Of a stretch of 64,000 bases of DNA, positions 58,449-64,000 are shown piece by piece (position 1 is the stretch's first letter; each line of letters starts with the position of its first letter). Made by a program: the position numbers and the translations under genes. The stretch lies in assembly GCA_050287085.1 (NCBI GenBank), contig JBNKBE010000002.1:224001-288000 (forward strand), in the 5' to 3' direction. Source of the stretch: Polyangiaceae bacterium (GTDB lineage Bacteria > Myxococcota_A > Polyangia > Polyangiales > Polyangiaceae). Below the pieces are notes generated by a model. That model did not search any database. It was not told where the DNA came from and saw only the letters and a program-made list of their open reading frames with translations.

Positions 58449-60137
58449 GTGTTTGTTGTAGTCATCAGTGAGAAAGGGGGAGGGGAACGCCGAGAAGAAT
58501 TCGATGTGGACGCGGTGACTGTGGGTCGCGTTCAGGGCAACAGCTTGATGCTGCCCAAAGGAAACGTGAGCAAGCGGCATTGCACCCTGGAACTCAGCGG
58601 TGGCCGTTTCGTACTGACCGATCACAACAGCACCAACGGCACCTATGTCAATCGGCGCCGCATCACTCAGCCAACCTTGGTGCGTCCGGGCGATCGCATC
58701 TACGTGGGCGACTTCATCTTGCGCCTTGAACCGGAGGCGGAGCCGGCGGCCCTCGGCGACTCCGCGGACGTTGAAGGAGGAGTTGGCTTGGCCAGCTCGC
58801 CCGAAGAGCCAATACCGAGCGCTCCCAGCGTCGAGCTCGACGGCTTTGCAGGCAACTTGGTGTCGTCCGCGCCCCGGGATCGGGGCGGAGTGTTGCCACC
58901 CAAGCCGGAGCTTGCGGGCGACGCCCCTGGCTCTGATGGGGCTCTCAGCCGTGAGTTCGTCGAGCTAGCCGAGCAGCTCATCGCTCGGGCACAAGCGAAG
59001 CTCGAGCCTCGGCTCTTGGAGCGCACCTTGGATGAGGCCGCTGAGAAGCGCGTGCAGCGCGCTCTGAACGATGCGTTGGGGCGGCTGCAGGCCGAGGGAC
59101 TCCCGGAGCAAGACAGCGATCTGGAACGGCTGCGCTCGGTGGCCTGGTCCGAGCTGGTCGGCACCGGGCCGATTCCGGAACTACTCGCGGATTCGGAGAC
59201 AAGCGAAGTGGCGCTCACGGGGCCCGGGCGCGGTACCGTCGTCCGGGCAGGGAAGATGAGCGAGGTCGCTACGCCCTTGTGTTCCGCCGAAAGCGCTGAG
59301 CGCATTGCTCGTCGACTGTGTCGTGCGGACGGCCAGGACTTGCCGCCTAGCGCCGGCGTTTCTCGCGTGTGGCTTGCGTCGCTGCGCGTGGAGCTGGAAG
59401 TACTGCGGAGCGCAGGCCCCAGGCCCCATGTGGTCTTGGTGTTACGCCGGGGCGCCGAGCCTCTGAAGCCGGGTGCATTGGTGGACAGCGGAGTGGTGTC
59501 CCCGGAGATGCTAGAGCTACTGGGGCGGGCCATGCTCGCACGGCAGCGGGTGCTGGTGATCGGGACCGATCGAGCCGCGGCTGCCAGCGTCGCTCTGGCG
59601 CTCGCCGACCTAGTTCCAGATCCGCGGGTGCTGTTTGCCGCGGAGTCATTGGTAGTTGAGGATGAGGAGCACCTGCGCCTGAGCCGCGGGCGCCTTGCAT
59701 CCGATGCGCTCGCGCCCGCGTTGCGGGCTGCCCTGCAGCTTCCTGGGCATCGGTTGGTGGTCGGCGATCTCGGGGAGGCCTTGGGCGAGACCTTGGATGC
59801 CCTTCTCGCGTGCCCATTCGCGGGGGCGGTCTGTGGCTACGGGGGGGCTGAACTCGAAGCTAGCCTGGAGCAACTGGCGGCCCGTTTGGCCCTTGAGCGC
59901 GGCGTGCCTTGGGACGTCGCACGGCGCGCTGTGTGGGGCTCCTTTGATCTCGTTGTGCTGGTGGCGCGACAACCGAGCGGGGCGCTGCGTATGGCCCACG
60001 CAGCGGAGATCGATCGTTCTCAAGCGAGTGGTATCCGCACGTTGTTTCGCTGGAGCTTGGAGAACGGACATGGGGGGCACCACAGTGTCCACCCCGCTAC
60101 GAATCTTCCGCAGCGACTGAGCGCCCTAGGGCTCTAG
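58449..60137 (+). CDS. FHA domain fused to a degenerate CpaF/TadA-like ATPase domain
   Basis: GGAGG RBS; FHA (VGRVQGN, VSKRH, STNGTYVN); CpaF-like ELVGTGPIPELLAD..SEV, LVDSGVVS..M..LL, DLVVLV; Walker motifs lost. Confidence 0.82.
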   Translation: MFVVVISEKGGGERREEFDVDAVTVGRVQGNSLMLPKGNVSKRHCTLELSGGRFVLTDHNSTNGTYVNRRRITQPTLVRPGDRIYVGDFILRLEPEAEPAALGDSADVEGGVGLASSPEEPIPSAPSVELDGFAGNLVSSAPRDRGGVLPPKPELAGDAPGSDGALSREFVELAEQLIARAQAKLEPRLLERTLDEAAEKRVQRALNDALGRLQAEGLPEQDSDLERLRSVAWSELVGTGPIPELLADSETSEVALTGPGRGTVVRAGKMSEVATPLCSAESAERIARRLCRADGQDLPPSAGVSRVWLASLRVELEVLRSAGPRPHVVLVLRRGAEPLKPGALVDSGVVSPEMLELLGRAMLARQRVLVIGTDRAAAASVALALADLVPDPRVLFAAESLVVEDEEHLRLSRGRLASDALAPALRAALQLPGHRLVVGDLGEALGETLDALLACPFAGAVCGYGGAELEASLEQLAARLALERGVPWDVARRAVWGSFDLVVLVARQPSGALRMAHAAEIDRSQASGIRTLFRWSLENGHGGHHSVHPATNLPQRLSALGL

Positions 60138-60180
60138 CCCCGCTCGAACTCCACGCCCATCCACAGAGCGTGTTCGCTCG

Positions 60181-60696
60181 CTATGCGTGTTCTTGTTCTT
60201 GCAAGGCCTTGGCAACCTTGCGCCCGATCAAACGGCGTTTGACGGCGTTGAACTTGTCGATCATCAGGACGCCATCCAGGTGATCGTTCTCGTGTTGAAT
60301 TGCCACCGCAAGCAGACCGTCCGCGCTCAGCTCAAAGGTCTTCCCGTCTCGGTCGAGCGCACGCACCGTCACCTGCTCCGCGCGCTGGATATCTTCGCTA
60401 ACACCCGGGAACGAAAGGCAACCTTCGCGCCAATCGATCTTGCCGTTCTTCTTGACGATTTCGGGATTGATGAACGTTAGTAGCTGGCTCGGTTCATCTT
60501 CGTCTGCGATGTCTATCACGAAGATGCGCAGAGGCACGCCCACCTGGTTGGCGGCAAGCCCTACCCCGGGGGCGTCGTACATCGTTTCCGCCATGTCGTC
60601 GACCAACTGACGAATTTCATCCGTTACCTCTGCAACGGGCTGCGCCTTCTCTCGCAGGATGGGATCGGGGTAGGCGAGGATCTTCCGAATTGCCAT
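60181..60696 (-). CDS. def: Peptide deformylase
   Basis: GVGLAANQ, EGCLS, QHENDHLDG. Confidence 0.97.
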   Translation of the reverse strand: MAIRKILAYPDPILREKAQPVAEVTDEIRQLVDDMAETMYDAPGVGLAANQVGVPLRIFVIDIADEDEPSQLLTFINPEIVKKNGKIDWREGCLSFPGVSEDIQRAEQVTVRALDRDGKTFELSADGLLAVAIQHENDHLDGVLMIDKFNAVKRRLIGRKVAKALQEQEHA

Positions 60697-60787
60697 AGCT
60701 GCACCTTAACTTAACACTGCACGTCTCGTCGCCCAGGGCCCCGCGGCAAAAAAGTAGGGTCACGGTGAGGCAACGACACACTCTGAA

Positions 60788-61918
60788 TCAGTCGTTGACC
60801 CCGCCTCCGACGCTCTTGCGTTTCGGGTAGACGAGCCTTCCGTGGACATACGCGTCTTTGCCACACAGTTCCCAAGTCGAGGGCTCAATGCAAGGGGCGT
60901 TGTCCGGTGTATCTGGTCCCGCCCAGTCCACGGCGGCAGGGCGACCACGGGGGCCGAGCAAGATGGGCGCCACGAACATGTGCAGCTCACTCGGCAGCTG
61001 CGCGGCGAACATGGACCCGGCGAGCTCGGCGCCACCTTCGCATAAGACGCTCACGACTTCCCGCGCGGCCAGAGCTTCCAAGGCCGCCCGTATGTCGACC
61101 CGCCCCTCCGCACTGCTGGCGACACGAATCACCGAGACCCCTGCGTTTTCGAGGGCCTCTTGCGCGGACGTGGGGGCGTCGTGAGCGGTCAGCACACACG
61201 TCGGGGTCTCCCGAGCTGTGGCCACCAGGTGGCTAGTACTGGGCAGTCTCAGGCGACTGTCCACCACACAGCGTACTGGACTACGACCCTCCACGTCGCG
61301 AACGGTTAGCAAGGGATCATCCGCCAGCACAGTGTTGATGCCCACCATGACGGCGTCGTGCTGAGCGCGCAGACGATGCACTCGAACGCGGGCGGAATCC
61401 CCGGTCACCCACTTGCTTGTTCCCGTGCGAGAGGCGATTCGTCCGTCCAGCGATACGCCCAACTTGAGGCTCAAGTAGCTGCGCGCTTCCGTGATGTAGT
61501 GGGCCCACGGCTTGATCAGTTCCTTGGCCTTATCCTCACAGACGCCGATTTCGACCTCCACGCCGGCTTCGCGCAAACGTTCGACACCTTGGCCGGCGAC
61601 GTTGGGGTTCGGATCGCGAGTTCCGATCACGACGCGAGCTACGCCTGCGGCGAGCAGGGCATCGACGCAGGGGGGGGTCCGGCCCTGGTGGTTGCAGGGT
61701 TCAAGGGTGGCGTATAGCGTCGCGCCGCGCGCTTTGTCGCCCGCTTCGCGGAGCGCCATGGCTTCCGCGTGAGCGGCTCCCGCTTCCGCGTGAAATCCCG
61801 TCCCGACGATTTCACCGCCGCTAACGATGACAGCCCCGACGTGGGGATTGGGGGAGGGGTCCCCGCGGCGCCCTGCCTCGAGCGCTCGACCCATCAGCTC
61901 GACGTCGATTTCTGTCAT
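60788..61918 (-). CDS. ribD: Bifunctional riboflavin deaminase/reductase
   Basis: PNPHVGAV, HAE, TLEPC...TPPC, SLDGRIA, DDPLLT, EGG. Confidence 0.96.
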   Translation of the reverse strand: MTEIDVELMGRALEAGRRGDPSPNPHVGAVIVSGGEIVGTGFHAEAGAAHAEAMALREAGDKARGATLYATLEPCNHQGRTPPCVDALLAAGVARVVIGTRDPNPNVAGQGVERLREAGVEVEIGVCEDKAKELIKPWAHYITEARSYLSLKLGVSLDGRIASRTGTSKWVTGDSARVRVHRLRAQHDAVMVGINTVLADDPLLTVRDVEGRSPVRCVVDSRLRLPSTSHLVATARETPTCVLTAHDAPTSAQEALENAGVSVIRVASSAEGRVDIRAALEALAAREVVSVLCEGGAELAGSMFAAQLPSELHMFVAPILLGPRGRPAAVDWAGPDTPDNAPCIEPSTWELCGKDAYVHGRLVYPKRKSVGGGVND

Positions 61919-61929
61919 CTAACCAAGTC

Positions 61930-62394
61930 CTAGTCGTTTGGGCGCGCGCGAACAAGCTTGCTCATCTCTTCGAGAAACTCGTCGATGTCTCGAAATGAGC
62001 GATAGACACTTGCAAATCGGACGTAGGCGACGTCGTCCAGCGCCTTCAAAGCGGCCATCACCCGTTCGCCGAGCACACGCGACGAGATTTCGCGCGAGCC
62101 CTCCCGGTTGAGGTCCTGCTCCAGGCTTTCGACCTGGGCATCCAGGACCTCATCCGAAATGGGGCGTTTGCTGCACGCTATCCGCAAGCTTCGCAGCAGC
62201 TTGTCTCGATCAAAGGCTTCTCGTCGCCCGTCGCTCTTGAGCACACTCGGGAGGGCGCGTTCGACTCGCTCATAGGTTGTGAAGCGCTTCTTGCAGGCGT
62301 CGCATTCGCGACGACGCCAGGTGACGGTGGCGCCAGCGGCCACTCGCGAGTCTACGACCCGGCTCTCCACTTCCTTGCAATAGGGGCACTGCAC
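61930..62394 (-). CDS. nrdR: Transcriptional repressor NrdR
   Basis: CPYC...VVDSR, RRRECDACKKRFTTYE, ATP cone, VAYVRFASVYRSF. Confidence 0.97.
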   Translation of the reverse strand: MQCPYCKEVESRVVDSRVAAGATVTWRRRECDACKKRFTTYERVERALPSVLKSDGRREAFDRDKLLRSLRIACSKRPISDEVLDAQVESLEQDLNREGSREISSRVLGERVMAALKALDDVAYVRFASVYRSFRDIDEFLEEMSKLVRARPND

Positions 62395-62507
62395 GTCAGC
62401 GGTCGCTCCGATATGCGGTTGTTGTCGGCGCTTGACGCCGCGGACAGGGGCTCATGTGTCTTGAACTCATCACCGGAGCTAGCGTCACCAGAGCCATCGT
62501 CACCTGA

Positions 62508-63752
62508 TCAGTCCTCGAATGCGGACACAATCACGGCAGCATTGGTCCCGCCAAAACCAAAGGAGTTGCTCATGGCGTGCCGTGTTCGTCGCTCGCGCGC
62601 CGTGTTTGCCACGTAGTCGAGCGTGCACTCGGGGTCCTGGTTATTGAGATTTATGGTAGGGGGGATCTGTCCGGTCTTCACAGCGTGGGCGCAGATAGCG
62701 AGTTCAACAGCTCCAGAGGCTCCCAACAGGTGCCCCATCATGCTTTTGGTCGAACTCACCCACAGGCCGTCGTGGGCGTGGGCACCAAATACGCCTTCGA
62801 TCGCCCGCGACTCCTCGACGTCGCCGGGGGGCGTCGATGTACCGTGAGCATTGATGTAGCCGACGTCGCTCGGGTCTAGCTTTGCTTCTTGCAGCGCCCA
62901 GCGCATGGCGTTCGCCGCGTATTTGTGCCCCGGCGCTGGCTTGGTGATGTGGAAGGCGTCTGACGTTGCACTCCACCCGGTGATCTCAGCGATGATGTTT
63001 GCGCCGCGTGCTTTGGCCCTGGAAAGCGACTCGAGCACCAAGGTTGCGGCGCCTTCTCCAAGTACGAAGCCGTCGCGGTCGCGATCGAAGGGACGGCTGG
63101 CCGCGCTGGGCTCATCGTTGCGACGACTCAGAGCGAACATGGTCGAAAAGCCAGCCACGCCCATGGGGGTGATGGTCGACTCCGCCCCGCCAGCCACCAT
63201 TACCGGAGCTCGGCCGCAGCGGATCCAATCGTAGGCCTCACCGATGGCATGGGCGCTCGAAGCACAAGCGCTCGTGTGACAGTAGCTCGGTCCACGCAGG
63301 CCCTCTTGAATCGAAACCTGACCCGCAGCCAAGTTCGCGATCACTTGCGGTATGAAGTAGGGGCTGACCTTGCGAGGGCCCTTCTCCGCGCGCACCAGCG
63401 TCCAACGTTCTAGGCTTTCGAGCCCCCCTAGGCCCACGCCAATGAAACATCCCGAGCGGTCGCGTTCTTCATCCGTCAGCTCGAGACCTGAGCGTTCGAC
63501 AGCCTCCCGCGAAGCGGCCATCGACAACATGATGAAGCGCGACAGTTCTTTGTGCTTCTTCTTGGGGATGGTCGCGCTTGGGTCGAAGTCCTTCACCTCT
63601 GCGGCAAACCGGGTCGTGTAGTCCTCGCTCGCGTCAAAAAGCGTGATCGGACCCACGCCGGAGCGCCCCGCTAGCAAGGCGTTCGTGGTGGCGTCCGTCC
63701 CGATCCCGCACGGGGTCACCAACCCAATTCCGGTTATGACGACTCGTTCCAT
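62508..63752 (-). CDS. fabF: Beta-ketoacyl-ACP synthase II
   Basis: RVVITGIG, active-site SACASS, SRPFDRDRDGFVLGEGA, INAHGTST, KSMMGHLLGA, NSFGFGGTN; start placed at ATG 63752. Confidence 0.96.
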   Translation of the reverse strand: MERVVITGIGLVTPCGIGTDATTNALLAGRSGVGPITLFDASEDYTTRFAAEVKDFDPSATIPKKKHKELSRFIMLSMAASREAVERSGLELTDEERDRSGCFIGVGLGGLESLERWTLVRAEKGPRKVSPYFIPQVIANLAAGQVSIQEGLRGPSYCHTSACASSAHAIGEAYDWIRCGRAPVMVAGGAESTITPMGVAGFSTMFALSRRNDEPSAASRPFDRDRDGFVLGEGAATLVLESLSRAKARGANIIAEITGWSATSDAFHITKPAPGHKYAANAMRWALQEAKLDPSDVGYINAHGTSTPPGDVEESRAIEGVFGAHAHDGLWVSSTKSMMGHLLGASGAVELAICAHAVKTGQIPPTINLNNQDPECTLDYVANTARERRTRHAMSNSFGFGGTNAAVIVSAFED

Positions 63753-64000
63753 AGGTGCATCTTCGTGGCAGCGTCTAGCCGTGCTCAGTCGCCCGGACCA
63801 ATAGGGCATCATAAGTACGTTGATGCCGCGGCTCGGTTGCTGGCCGGAAGCCAGCAACCGCGCTGACAGATCAAGGGTGCGCTACCTGCGAGCCACCCCC
63901 TGCCGGCCGGCACCTGGCCTCCGCGGAACCGCACTCCTACTACCAGGCGGGTGCGACTCCTCGGGGCTCAGCGGCTGACCGTATTGTTCAACCGTCCTTG

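Noticed and set aside
63988..64000. Possible 3' end of acpP upstream of fabF
   Set aside because: Only about four codons lie in the window; expected from synteny but not supportable from sequence.

Overview
A GC-rich, gene-dense chromosomal segment. Gene content (giant TPR proteins, FHA-domain sigma-54 activator, MglC-like roadblock protein, myxobacterial-style gsp cluster) suggests a myxobacterium, probably Polyangia/Sorangiineae-like; this is an inference. It holds about 47 CDS: dnaX-recR-ridA, bioA, an NtrC-family regulator followed by a gspC-N type II secretion operon with a good sigma-54 promoter and candidate enhancer sites, an Na/Pi cotransporter, ftsB, mglC-aroQ, two small beta-barrel proteins, an S8 protease lipoprotein with an 8-Cys lipoprotein partner, gyrA, bamA, a second type IIA topoisomerase pair in A-then-B order, a Nit-family amidase, and def, ribD, nrdR and fabF. 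I saw no rRNA, tRNA, CRISPR array, transposase or phage gene. The most unusual signals are: (1) three intact-ORF proteins with dead-looking catalytic motifs, namely an EAD-like/pseudokinase/TPR giant, an adjacent pseudo-histidine kinase, and an FHA-pseudo-CpaF ATPase; (2) short tandem-repeat arrays, two of which share an 11-bp core and bracket gyrA in inverted orientation; (3) a readable sigma-54 enhancer circuit on the T2SS; (4) a candidate multi-stem RNA between bamA and parC. All family assignments come from motif recognition by eye, not database searches.
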